Positions 9,485-18,952 of a DNA stretch of 64,000 nucleotides are shown here, piece after piece. How positions within the stretch are numbered: position 1 is the stretch's first letter; each line of letters opens with the position of its first letter. The DNA lies in assembly GCA_965238075.1 (NCBI GenBank), contig OZ250173.1:3072001-3136000 (forward strand), given 5' to 3'. The position numbers and the translations under genes are program-made. The notes under the pieces are model-generated. The model saw only the letters and a list, made by a program, of their open reading frames with translations, was not told the origin of the DNA and did no database searches. This DNA is from Candidatus Entotheonellaceae bacterium (GTDB lineage: Bacteria > Tectomicrobia > Entotheonellia > Entotheonellales > Entotheonellaceae).

Positions 9485-10558
9485 TCATGCCGTGGAACGC
9501 AGCGCCGGGATGACCTTCTCGCCGAAAAGGCGCATGGACGCCATGACCCTGTCATGTTCCATGTCGCCGAAGTTCATTTGACACAAGACGTGCTGAGCAC
9601 CGGCGTCGCGCAGGGCTGCGAGCTGCTCTCGTACGCGAGCTGGGGTGCCGTACACCGAACCCGTTTCAAGCACGTGGCGCAGGGCGTCGTCGTTTGGCAC
9701 GGCCGGATTCGACCACGGATTGAGCATCGCGGGGTCGACCTGGAAATCGTCCGGATTGTAGGCGGAGCGGACGTGCATCATATGGTTGCGGCTCTGCCCC
9801 AAAACCTCGGCGAGCTCATCTTCGGCCTGGGCATCGCTGTCGGCGACGTACACGTTGCGCCAGACCGCGGCCTGTTGCAGCCGGTTCCGCCTCGTCTCAG
9901 GGTCAAGCCCGCCTTCTTCCAGCCCCTCCTCATACAGCTTCCAGCGCTCCGCAATGTTCTCCAGTGACAGGCGGGCCGCCAGAATCGGCATCCCGAGGCG
10001 CCCGCATTCGGTGAACGAGGTTGGCGACACAACGCTGCGCCAAAGCGGCGGGTAGGGGCGTTGGAAGGGGCGCGGTCGGAGTTCGGGCAGGTGAAATTGG
10101 TAAAAATTACCGGCGTAGGAACAGGGCGCTTCCGTCCAGGTCCGCGTCAGGATGTCAATCGCTTCCTCCATGCGCGGTCGGCTGTCATCGCTGCGCAGGC
10201 CGTAGCCCACAAACTCGTATTCGTTGTAAATCGTGCCGCGCCCGACGCCGACGTCCAGGCGGCCCTTGCTCAGGTTGTCGAGCAGGGATAGCTGCACAGC
10301 GAGGCGCACGGGATGGTGCAGCGCCATCTGCAGCACGGCAAAGCCGATGCGAACCCGCGTGGTGCGCATGGCCAGCGCCGAGGCAAAGATGAGGGGATCG
10401 TTGTAGACGCTTTCGCCCGTAAAGTAATGCTCGGTGAGCCACACGTCATCGAAACCTGCCGCTTCGGCGTAGCAAGCCTGGGCAAGCTGCTGATCAATGC
10501 GCGCGGCATCCTCTTCCGGTGACGGCGAAAGCGATAGGGTCAACCAACCGAACTGCAC
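9485..10558 (-). CDS. LLM-class (luciferase-like) flavin-dependent oxidoreductase
   Basis: AEAAGFDDVWLTEHYF, HPVRLA..LDNLSKGRLDVGVGRG, PRPFQRPYPP. GTG start at 10558 with AGGAG SD. Confidence 0.9.
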   Translation of the reverse strand: MQFGWLTLSLSPSPEEDAARIDQQLAQACYAEAAGFDDVWLTEHYFTGESVYNDPLIFASALAMRTTRVRIGFAVLQMALHHPVRLAVQLSLLDNLSKGRLDVGVGRGTIYNEYEFVGYGLRSDDSRPRMEEAIDILTRTWTEAPCSYAGNFYQFHLPELRPRPFQRPYPPLWRSVVSPTSFTECGRLGMPILAARLSLENIAERWKLYEEGLEEGGLDPETRRNRLQQAAVWRNVYVADSDAQAEDELAEVLGQSRNHMMHVRSAYNPDDFQVDPAMLNPWSNPAVPNDDALRHVLETGSVYGTPARVREQLAALRDAGAQHVLCQMNFGDMEHDRVMASMRLFGEKVIPALRSTA

Positions 10559-10611
10559 GTGATTCTCCTGTTTCGTGTGCCGCACGAGCGTCCGGGGTGT
10601 GTGGGTCTGCG

Positions 10612-11495
10612 TCAGGTCTTCCACGCCACGGCTTCACCCCACGCCTCGGCGACAAACGCATGGGGATGTCTGCCCCACGCTATGAAGTTCTCACTCACCC
10701 GCGCGAGCGCGGCGCTGTCTGCAAGTCCTGCTTCGATCAACTGTGAGGCAAATGCTGATTTGCCGACCAACCCGGCGAGAAAGCAAGCATTCCGTCTTGT
10801 CTCCTCAGGCGTGCTTGTCCAGCAATCATAGGACGCAGACACGACAAGCTGGTCAAATCCCGCTTCTCGTAACCAGCGGAGTTGGTGCCTCCCCGCCATG
10901 GGATCGCCGCCGTTGTGGACCATTAGCCGCTTAGCCGCTCGAAGAGCGGCACAAACCGATCCAGGGGCGGTTCGGCGGGTTCAAGGAGGAAGCCGCCGAA
11001 GTCGGCATGGCGCGCGCCGACAATGCCACCGTGCTTGAGCACCCGGCGAACCTCTCCGAGGGCCGCTACCGGGGTCTGCATGTGCTCCAACACACCGTGC
11101 AGAAAGACGGCGTCGAACGTGCTGTCAGGAAAGGGCAGGGCGTAAAGGTCCGCGACCGAGAAATGGGTGTTCGAATTCTCTCGATCTGCGGCCTGCGCCC
11201 AGGCAAACCGGAGTTGGCTTACCTCGATGTCGACGCCAATCACCTCAGCCGGTGCTACGAGGGTGGCAAAATCAAGCGTGATGGTCCCCGGACCACAACC
11301 ACAGTCCAATAGGGTCATGCCGGGCCGCACATAGGGAAGGAAAAAGGCGGCATGACTGGCAGCACGGCGATGGTGGAAGAAGTTGGTTGTGGCAGTATCG
11401 TAGCCGACTGAATACACGTCCCGCTGGTCCTTGGCCCACGTAGATGCGCGTTCCGTGACTTTGGTGCTAACTGCTCTACACTGGTCAAGTTGCAT
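10612..11495 (-). pseudogene. Class I SAM-dependent methyltransferase split by an 8-bp tandem duplication
   Basis: N-terminal part (LLDCGCGPG, LPFPDSTFD) ends LFERLSG*. C-terminal part starts MVHNGGDP. TTAGCCGC occurs twice at 10923-10938, and removing one copy gives FERLMVHNGGDP. Confidence 0.82.
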
Positions 11496-11520
11496 AATGT
11501 CTGTACAGCCCTACTGTACA
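11493..11520 (+). promoter_or_regulatory. Putative antitoxin promoter/operator: -10-like CATAAT plus two TGTACA palindromes
   Basis: CATAAT at 11493-11498; TGTACA at 11502-11507 and 11515-11520. TGTACA is the core of the E. coli yefM-yoeB operator. Confidence 0.65.
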
Positions 11521-11541
11521 TGATTGACCAGGAGACTCAAT

Positions 11542-11790
11542 GTGCCAATCCAAACGACCTATACCCGTGCCCGCGCGAACCTTGCAGCGCTCTGCGACGA
11601 AGTCACAGCCAACCGCGAGGTTGTGATCATCCAGCGCCGCGGTGCTGAGGATGTCGCCCTGGTTGCTGCCCAGGAGCTTGATGGACTTCTGGAAACAGCG
11701 CACCTCTTGCGGTCCCCGGCAAATGCCGAACGGCTTCTGACGGCATTGGCTCGTGCCCATCGCCGCGCGCTATCCCCCGCAGTCTCTTGA
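11542..11790 (+). CDS. Phd/YefM-family type II antitoxin (orphan)
   Basis: TTYTRARANLAALCDEV..VIIQRRG..VALV..LETAHLLRSPANAERL. GTG start with AGGAG SD. Confidence 0.88.
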   Translation: MPIQTTYTRARANLAALCDEVTANREVVIIQRRGAEDVALVAAQELDGLLETAHLLRSPANAERLLTALARAHRRALSPAVS

Positions 11791-11836
11791 TACGCTGCGC
11801 GGGGACACGGTTCCCGATGCATCCGCCTGGAAACCT

Positions 11837-12484
11837 TTATTCGGTTGTCTCAGCCGTCTCAAGGACACGGCTCTGCGTAATCTTGGCCAGTTCATGGTTA
11901 GCGGCTCTGTCCGTCGTTTGTAGACCCTCCACAAGACCCACAATGTCACGCCGCGACCGATTCTGCCCGAGTTTGGCCTTCCCCTCAATCCGAGAGATAG
12001 GCATTTCAAAGCACACAATGGCTTTCATCAGCGCCGCAAAGGTTTCTTGCGAGAGTTTTCCGGGACGCCAGGATTCCGGTTCCGTTCCTTCGTGATAGTG
12101 GATAAGCTGCCTCAGATGAGCCTCCATGCCTTCGGCCTCTTGCACAACGCGTGGCATGCCGAAAGCGTGTACCACTACGTAGTTCCACGTGGGCACAGCT
12201 TCATCGGTGCTATACCACCGTGGAGAAATGTAGGCGTGAGGGCCATGGAAAATGGCCAGGCTTTCCTGAGACGTGTCGAACGCTCTCCAGTGCGGATTTG
12301 CTTTTGCCATGTGGCCGGCCAGCACGCCAAGGCGACCGGCGTCACGTCTGAGCAACAGGGGGAGATGCGTGACTTGCAATTCGCCTCCTGCCTCCGGCGT
12401 GATAAGGGTTGTAAAGTTCCATTGTTCCATGTCTGTGTGCATGGTTGGCAGGTCGGAAACCTTGAAGCTTTCTGGTGTGTACAT
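11837..12484 (-). CDS. FMN-binding negative transcriptional regulator (PaiB family)
   Basis: MYTP, THLP, GHMAKANPHW, FHGPHAYISPRWY, VPTWNY, GKAKLGQNR. AGGAGG SD. Confidence 0.9.
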   Translation of the reverse strand: MYTPESFKVSDLPTMHTDMEQWNFTTLITPEAGGELQVTHLPLLLRRDAGRLGVLAGHMAKANPHWRAFDTSQESLAIFHGPHAYISPRWYSTDEAVPTWNYVVVHAFGMPRVVQEAEGMEAHLRQLIHYHEGTEPESWRPGKLSQETFAALMKAIVCFEMPISRIEGKAKLGQNRSRRDIVGLVEGLQTTDRAANHELAKITQSRVLETAETTE

Positions 12485-13008
12485 GTCCGTTGCCTCCTGG
12501 CGGAAAATTGGCTGGATATAGAAATGGTTGTGGCTGTCCCGAAACCCAAAACGCGGGACACGCTCGGGCTTGTTGGAAGAGAACAGAACAGCTTGGGCAC
12601 GTCGCATGTTGAAATGCAGACACCGCGGGCGTGCTTGTAGACAGAACGCTGCCTCAGCAGGTCCGAGTCTGGCAAAGCAAGAAGCGGAAGTTTTTGCGTG
12701 GGACTATCGTCGTCGGCGGGGCAGGGACAAGGACGCAGGAGATGGGGTCGTAAGGACAGCCGAAAGATTCATGAAGCAAGAAGGGAGTTGAGTGGAATGA
12801 ATCCACGCATTCATCAGCGGACTCCTTAACTGTCAACCCTGGACAGGGCCTTTTCCCATAACCACCATGCGTGTGGGTAAAGACTAGGAAACCCGTAAGC
12901 AACCGTCAATGAGAAACTATAGGCCAAACCCACGCTGGAACGTCAGTGTCGGGAAGAAACGAAACGGCTGGCAAGCTTGAGCAGTAGCCAACTGGCCTCG
13001 CCACCCTG

Positions 13009-13757
13009 TCAGCTTCTGGTTCCAACCAACGCTGGCTGAAAGTAAGCGCCATCCAGCCGCTTCACATCGTCAAATCCCGTTCGCTCCATTAATGCCAGCA
13101 AGTGACTTGGGCTAATCGCATAGTACCTGGAACGCATGACGTGAATCTTGGCCGCTGCGGACTCTTTGTCATCCTCAATGAAATACATGGAGAGGGCGTA
13201 CTCCTCTCCTTCGAAGTCCCAGACCTGCCAGATCAGATAGCGCTTCCCGTCTTCCTCTCGGATTCCATAGGGCTTCACGATGCCCTTATCGCGTTCCTCT
13301 TTATCGTAATCGCGGATGGTAATGACGCAGCCGCCGCCGGGCCGAAGACAACCATGCATTGCTCGGAGGGCGAGCAGGATTTCTTCATCACAAAGGAGAT
13401 GAGGAAGGGAGTTATCTCCCGATAGGACGACATCGAAATCCCCGCCATGATGTGCGACGACTTGCCGCATGTCGCAGACAGAAAATGAGATATTGAGACT
13501 ACGAGACGCTGCCTCCCTTTTCGCGCGCTCCACGGCTGCAGGTGACAAATCCGATCCCGTCACCCGAAAGCCAAGGGCCGTCAACCCGATGCTTTGCGTG
13601 CCAATGCCGCATGAAACATCAAGGACAGACTTGGCGCTCTGCCCCACTGGCCATATATGATTTCACTCAAACACCTCGCCTGCTGTGCAACGTCGGCTTC
13701 CCAATCCCTGTAGATCAAATGATAGAACGGAGAAAGCTGATCATAAAAATCGTTCAC
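13009..13757 (-). pseudogene. Class I SAM-dependent methyltransferase with a one-base frameshift in a homopolymer
   Basis: GTG 13757 encodes NDFYDQLSPFYHLIYRDW..GQWG. The SAM motif VLDVSCGIGTQ continues in another frame. The switch is at the C4 run 13642-13645 (G4 on the coding strand). Confidence 0.75.
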
Positions 13758-13792
13758 TATGTTTTTCCTTCTCCGTTACCGCACACTCCCCG

Positions 13793-14839
13793 TCAGCCGC
13801 AAGCCAAAGCGTAGATCTGCGTCGCGTCCTGCGGCAGCGGGTGGGGTTCCCACGTCCCGCCGCCATCGGTGCTGCCGAACACCTCGCCGCCGTTGGTGGC
13901 GCTGTACATCCGGCTGGGCTGCCGCTCATCGAATGCCAGCTTGAACATCGTATGGCTCGGCTGCACGCCCATGTCCACACGCTTCCAGGTCATGCCGCCG
14001 TTGGTGCTGCGGAACAGGACGCCGACATCGCTGCGGAAATCCGCCCCGGCGGCCACCCAGATCGTTTTGGGGTCGCCCGGCACTTCCCGGATGTCGCGGC
14101 AGTAGATTTGCCCCTTGGCGTTGAGGGGTTCAAGACGCACGTGCTGCCAGTGGTCGCCGTGATCCGGGCTGTGGAACATGCCGGCGCGGGTGATGCTATA
14201 GACGACTCCAGGGCGCAAACGGCTGACCAGGACCCCGTGGGTGTCCACCGAGTCGTCGTTCAGGTATTGACCGTGGCTGAGGCTTTCCCAGTGCTCACCG
14301 CCGTCGGTGCTGCGAATCATGCCGCCGACTTCGATAGCGCCGTATAACACGTCAGGGTCGGCCACGCTGCCGCCGATCATCAAGACCCGCTTCGCCGGGT
14401 TGGCGCCCGGTGCCATGGTGATTTCCGGGAAGCGGACGCTGACGGGCACCGGTTGCCAGGTGTCGCCGCCGTTCTCGCTGCGGTAAATCTCGCAGTTCTC
14501 GTATCCGGCGTACATCAGATCGACGTCGTGCGGGTGAAAGAGCAGCGACCAGACGGGCAGGCCGTGGTCCGGCACGTTGACTTTCTCCCAGTGGTCGCCG
14601 TGGTCCGTGCTGCGGTAGGGGCCTTCCTGGGTGCCCACGTACACGATTTCGGGCTGCTGCGGGTGAACGGCGATGGCCCGAATCGCCGGCGCCTCGGGCA
14701 GGCCGTGACTCAGGGTTTCCCACTCACTATCGCCCGCGGCTTTGCGATACAGGCCGGATTGAACAACCCGGCCCGGCGTGGTTTCACCGGCCAAGCCGGC
14801 ATATACATAGGACCTCTGGTCTGACATTTGGGTTGGCAT
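13793..14839 (-). CDS. BNR/Asp-box beta-propeller protein (WD40/YVTN/BNR-like)
   Basis: Six Asp-boxes: STDHGDHW, SENGGDTW, STDGGEHW, SPDHGDHW, STNGGMTW, STDGGGTW. No signal peptide. AAGGAG SD. Confidence 0.85.
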   Translation of the reverse strand: MPTQMSDQRSYVYAGLAGETTPGRVVQSGLYRKAAGDSEWETLSHGLPEAPAIRAIAVHPQQPEIVYVGTQEGPYRSTDHGDHWEKVNVPDHGLPVWSLLFHPHDVDLMYAGYENCEIYRSENGGDTWQPVPVSVRFPEITMAPGANPAKRVLMIGGSVADPDVLYGAIEVGGMIRSTDGGEHWESLSHGQYLNDDSVDTHGVLVSRLRPGVVYSITRAGMFHSPDHGDHWQHVRLEPLNAKGQIYCRDIREVPGDPKTIWVAAGADFRSDVGVLFRSTNGGMTWKRVDMGVQPSHTMFKLAFDERQPSRMYSATNGGEVFGSTDGGGTWEPHPLPQDATQIYALACG

Positions 14840-14964
14840 GGAATGGGTCTCCTTCCTTGTGGTTTGCAGGGCGATTATCAAAGGTCTCCGAGCGTTCTCG
14901 GGCGCCAATCTTGGCCGGTTTACAGGGCGCCGTCAACGATTTCAGGCGGTTGTCCGCCGCAGTC

Positions 14965-16359
14965 TCATCCGAGAGCAGGGTGTCTGGATATCCACTCCGT
15001 CGCGCGTTCGTAGGCCCGGGCGACACGGTACACGGTCGTTTCATCGCCAGGTCTGCCGATAATCTGCATAGAAAGCGGCAAGCCCGTTGAGGCGAAGCCA
15101 GTGGGAACGGCGAGGGCCGGAGCCCCGGTGAGATTAAAGGGTGCTCGTGCTTGCCGTCCGTATTGTTTTTCGCACAACTCGGCATCCTCAATCGGACAGG
15201 CCGGATCCATGCTTGAGGCTGTGATGGCCACGTCGACGGATGCCATGCAGGCATTGAACTTATTCCTGAGCACCTCCCGTTGCCGCAGGGCGTGCACGTA
15301 ATCAACGGCGCGAAAAAAGGCGCCTGGCAGCAGTCGCTCGCGGGTCAGGTCGCCATAATCCGCCGGCCGTTCCTGCAGCCATTTTTCGTGAATCGCATAG
15401 GCTTCCGATAACAGGATCACCCGGTTTGCCGACGTATAATCGACGAGTGGACCCGGATCGATCTCTTGTATCTGCGCCCCCTGTCCGGCCAGAATCCGCA
15501 CGGCGTCCTCGATGCTCTGGGCCATCTCCGCATCGGCTTCGAAGTCGGTGTTGTAGAAGCGTCGGATGACCCCGACCTTGAGGCCGTCGACGCCTTTATC
15601 CAGGTCGGCGGTGAAATCCGGCACCGCGTCGCGGCTGCTGCCCGGGTCCTGAGGGTCATGCCCGGCAATGACGCCCAGTAGCAGTGCGTTGTCCGTGACC
15701 GTCCGGGTCATGGGGCCAATATGATCCAGGGAATACGACAGGGGGAGAACGCCACGGCGGCTGACACGCCCATAGGTTGCTTTCATCCCGACAATGCCGC
15801 ACATGGAGGCTGGGTTGCGCACCGAGCCACCCGTGTCGGTCCCCAAGGCGGCAGGGACAAACCCGGCAGCCAGGGCCACGCCGGAACCGCTCGATGATCC
15901 ACCCGGGAAGTAGTCCCGATTCCACGCATTCCGTGCGGGCGGCCAGGGTAGATCAAAGGACGGTCCGCCAAGGGCAAACTCGTGCGTTGACAGCTTGCCC
16001 AGAAACACGGCCCCGGCGGCCCGCAACCGACTTGTGACAAAGGCATCTGTCCGCGCCAGATTGTCAGCCAGAATTTTGGAATGACCCGTCGTTGGTATCC
16101 CTTCGACGTCGATGATGTCCTTCAGCCCGTACGGAATCCCATGCAGGGGGCCGCGCCAGTTGCCGGCCTGAATGTCGGCCTCAGCCTGTCTGGCTTGTTG
16201 CAGGGCTATTTCTGGTGTTTGACGCAAAAAGGCGTTGAACTTGGCGTCGTGGGTGTCGATGTGGCGCAAGAGGGCCTGGGTGTAGTCAACGGGTGAGAGT
16301 TCCTTACTGCGGATGCGTGCCGAGGCTTGTGCCAAGGTGAGATAGGCGAGTTCAGTCAT
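14965..16359 (-). CDS. Amidase-signature family enzyme (GatA/AtzE-like)
   Basis: GPLHGIPYGLKD, PGGSSSGS, GTDTGGSVRNPA (Lys-cisSer-Ser triad). Confidence 0.92.
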   Translation of the reverse strand: MTELAYLTLAQASARIRSKELSPVDYTQALLRHIDTHDAKFNAFLRQTPEIALQQARQAEADIQAGNWRGPLHGIPYGLKDIIDVEGIPTTGHSKILADNLARTDAFVTSRLRAAGAVFLGKLSTHEFALGGPSFDLPWPPARNAWNRDYFPGGSSSGSGVALAAGFVPAALGTDTGGSVRNPASMCGIVGMKATYGRVSRRGVLPLSYSLDHIGPMTRTVTDNALLLGVIAGHDPQDPGSSRDAVPDFTADLDKGVDGLKVGVIRRFYNTDFEADAEMAQSIEDAVRILAGQGAQIQEIDPGPLVDYTSANRVILLSEAYAIHEKWLQERPADYGDLTRERLLPGAFFRAVDYVHALRQREVLRNKFNACMASVDVAITASSMDPACPIEDAELCEKQYGRQARAPFNLTGAPALAVPTGFASTGLPLSMQIIGRPGDETTVYRVARAYERATEWISRHPALG

Positions 16360-16549
16360 ACTCACGCCTCCGCACCGCCCGGAATATATGGGCCGGTTCG
16401 TCGTACATGTGCAGATGGCGGGGAATACCACGTATCAACTGCTCAGCCGCCGCCTTGGCTTTGGCGAGCTGTGCCCAATGCGTCTCCGAGAGTTGGGTAA
16501 GCCCGGCTCGCTCGGCCTCATGTTGGAGTGCATCGTGGTCTTCGATCAT
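16352..16549 (-). CDS. Small (65 aa) putative amidase accessory subunit, AtzG/GatC-like
   Basis: Overlaps the amidase start; helical; C-terminal EPAHIF motif; GAGGAG SD. Confidence 0.55.
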   Translation of the reverse strand: MIEDHDALQHEAERAGLTQLSETHWAQLAKAKAAAEQLIRGIPRHLHMYDEPAHIFRAVRRREYD

Positions 16550-16600
16550 GCTGCAAACTCCTCTATCGACTGATTTCACACGTGTGTCGAAGGCAGATTT

Positions 16601-17029
16601 CTACTGAGCTTTGCTTTCGACGAGCTCGATGCTCACGCCGTCAGGGCCGGCGAGATAGGCGATGCGGGTGCCCGGCGCGAATTCGTACGGCTCCACGGCA
16701 AATTTGCCGCCTTTCTCCCGGATGGCGTTGCAGAACTCGGTCAGATCTCCGGCGACCTTGAAGCCGAAGTGATCGGTGCCCCATTGGTCGTGGCTGACGA
16801 AATTCTCGAACGATTGGAGGGGGGGGCGCTTCGCCGGTTGCTCCCCGGGGCGCCGGCCGCGGACCAGAATGGTAGCGCCGTTGAACTGCACCGCGATCTG
16901 GGGCGCGCCCCGCACTTCGCTGCGGCGGGTGACGGTGCCGCCCAGCATGTCGGCGTACCACGCGGCGGCGGATTGCGGCTCCTCGCAGATGATGTGTAAG
17001 TGGTCGAAAAGAATTTCTGCGCCGCTCAT
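16601..17029 (-). CDS. VOC (glyoxalase-like) family protein
   Basis: FDHLHI, AAAWYADMLGG, GTDHFGF, AYLAGPDGVSIELVE. Confidence 0.88.
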   Translation of the reverse strand: MSGAEILFDHLHIICEEPQSAAAWYADMLGGTVTRRSEVRGAPQIAVQFNGATILVRGRRPGEQPAKRPPLQSFENFVSHDQWGTDHFGFKVAGDLTEFCNAIREKGGKFAVEPYEFAPGTRIAYLAGPDGVSIELVESKAQ

Positions 17030-17264
17030 GATGGGTTCTCCTTCTTGGCATGTTGGGTTGGAAGAGGTTGGACGGAGGCAGATTCTATGCCCATTCCTCA
17101 CCGCAGGTCAAAAGGGAACGACGCTTACGACTGCCACTACTGGGGCTGTAGATGGACCGCCGCCGGTTTGTGACTTATAGTGATGCGCCACTCGTCAGCC
17201 GCCGCGGTGCGGACGCCGCGCCCTCACGAAAGCTTGCAGCCCCCCACCATAAAAGGACACTGCC

Positions 17265-18926
17265 TTGACTACCGACGTCGCAACCGGAATTGCACGAATT
17301 CTCAAGCAGGAAGGCGTGGAGTGGGTTTCCACCTTTCCCGTCTGCAGGGTCAACAACGCGCTCGGGCGCGAGAATGTGCCGATGCTCATGATGCGGGATG
17401 ACCGTTATGCCATCGCCGTGGCGGACGCATTCTCCCGCATCACCGGCGGTAAACAGATCGGCGTTGCCACGGTGCAGGGCGGCGTGAATGCTGCCGGGCT
17501 TCAGGTGGCTTATGCGGGATTGGCGCAGGCTTACGAGGACAATTCGCCGATGCTGTGCATCACCGACGGCGTGCCGGTCGGCAGCACCGAGAATTCCCAC
17601 TTCGACCTCACGGCCAGCCTCAAGTCGGTGTCCAAATGGTACGGCTACATCGACAAGCCGGAACGGGTACCCGAGTTCATGCGCCGGGCGTTCACCATGC
17701 TGCGCACCGGACGCCCGGGACCCGTCATTCTGGCCGTGCCCGAGGCGACCGGGCAGTACGACGAAACCGCCGACCCGTACACGCCGGTGAAGGGATGGAA
17801 GGCGCTGCCCGACCCGGCTGACGTGAAGCTGGCCGTCGAGTTGCTGATGGGGGCGCAAAGCCCGCTGCTCTACGTCGGCGAGGGTGTCATCTATGCCGAC
17901 GCGGCAGCCGAACTCAAAACGTTCGTCGAATTGGCCAACGTCCCGGTGATCACGACGCTCAAGGCCAAGGGGGTGTTTCCCGAAAACCACCCATTGTTCG
18001 TCGGGGTGCGTGGCGATCAGGTGACCGAATATCTGAAGAAGAGCGATTTGATCCTCGCCGTCGGCTCCAGCCTGTCGCCAGGGCGCTTCAGTCACGCCAT
18101 CCCCAATGCGGCGAAGAAAACCATCATCTCCTGCAACGTCAACGAGCTGGACGTGAACAAGGTGTTCCCGACCGCGCATGCCCTGATCGGCGACGCTCGT
18201 TTCTCCCTGCAGGCGCTGGCCGAGGAGTTGACGGCGCAGTCTGAAGGAAAGGGTTGCCCGCCCGGCAGTGTGGCGGCCGAGGTCAAAGCGTCCCGCGACA
18301 GCGCACTGGCATCCTACCGAGAGGCGATGGCCTCCGACGACGCGCCAATCAATCCTTACCGCGTATACAGCGAGCTCATGAAGATTCTGGACCCGCACAA
18401 GTCGTTCGTCACGCACGAGTCCGGCAACACCCGCGACCAGCTCAGCACGGTGTACGACACGCTCATTCCGAGGGGCTTCCTGGGCTGGGGCAACGTGTCC
18501 TCATTGGGATACAGCCTGGCCGCAGTGGTCGCGGCCAAGAAGGCGCATCCGGGGCGGAGCGCGGTTGCCGTCACGGGTGAGGCGGGTCTTGGCTACATGA
18601 TGGGCAATTTGGAAGTGCCGGTGCGGGAAAAGCTGGGGGTCACGGTCGTGCACATCAGCAATGGCGGCTTTGCCGGATACGGGCCGGGCTTCTGGGGCGA
18701 GGGCCACGACCCCTACACCCACCGCGTGCTCGGCCCCAACGACATTGACCTGTCGAAGGCCATCAGGGAATTCGGGTTGCACACCGAGCGGGTAACGGAG
18801 CCGGGTGCCCTTGCGGGCGCCTTGCAGCGTGCTCTGGCAGCGAATGCGGACGGCGTCCCGGCCTACATCGAGGCCGTATGCAGCCAGTTCCCAGTTTATG
18901 GGCAATGGGTGACGCGCAACGGATAA
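17265..18926 (+). CDS. Thiamine diphosphate-dependent enzyme (acetolactate synthase-like superfamily)
   Basis: ILKQEGVEW, RRAFTMLRTGRPGPV, PLLYVGEG, ThDP-binding variant TGEAG..SNGG. Confidence 0.85.
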   Translation: MTTDVATGIARILKQEGVEWVSTFPVCRVNNALGRENVPMLMMRDDRYAIAVADAFSRITGGKQIGVATVQGGVNAAGLQVAYAGLAQAYEDNSPMLCITDGVPVGSTENSHFDLTASLKSVSKWYGYIDKPERVPEFMRRAFTMLRTGRPGPVILAVPEATGQYDETADPYTPVKGWKALPDPADVKLAVELLMGAQSPLLYVGEGVIYADAAAELKTFVELANVPVITTLKAKGVFPENHPLFVGVRGDQVTEYLKKSDLILAVGSSLSPGRFSHAIPNAAKKTIISCNVNELDVNKVFPTAHALIGDARFSLQALAEELTAQSEGKGCPPGSVAAEVKASRDSALASYREAMASDDAPINPYRVYSELMKILDPHKSFVTHESGNTRDQLSTVYDTLIPRGFLGWGNVSSLGYSLAAVVAAKKAHPGRSAVAVTGEAGLGYMMGNLEVPVREKLGVTVVHISNGGFAGYGPGFWGEGHDPYTHRVLGPNDIDLSKAIREFGLHTERVTEPGALAGALQRALAANADGVPAYIEAVCSQFPVYGQWVTRNG

Positions 18927-18952
18927 GAGTAAGGGATGTGAAGAGGAGGGAA

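Noticed and set aside
10560-13790. Integron cassette array (small MTases, antitoxin and PaiB resemble cassette cargo)
   Set aside because: No convincing attC sites (RYYYAAC..GTTRRRY with a palindrome) and no IntI. The XerD at 46669 looks like a housekeeping recombinase.
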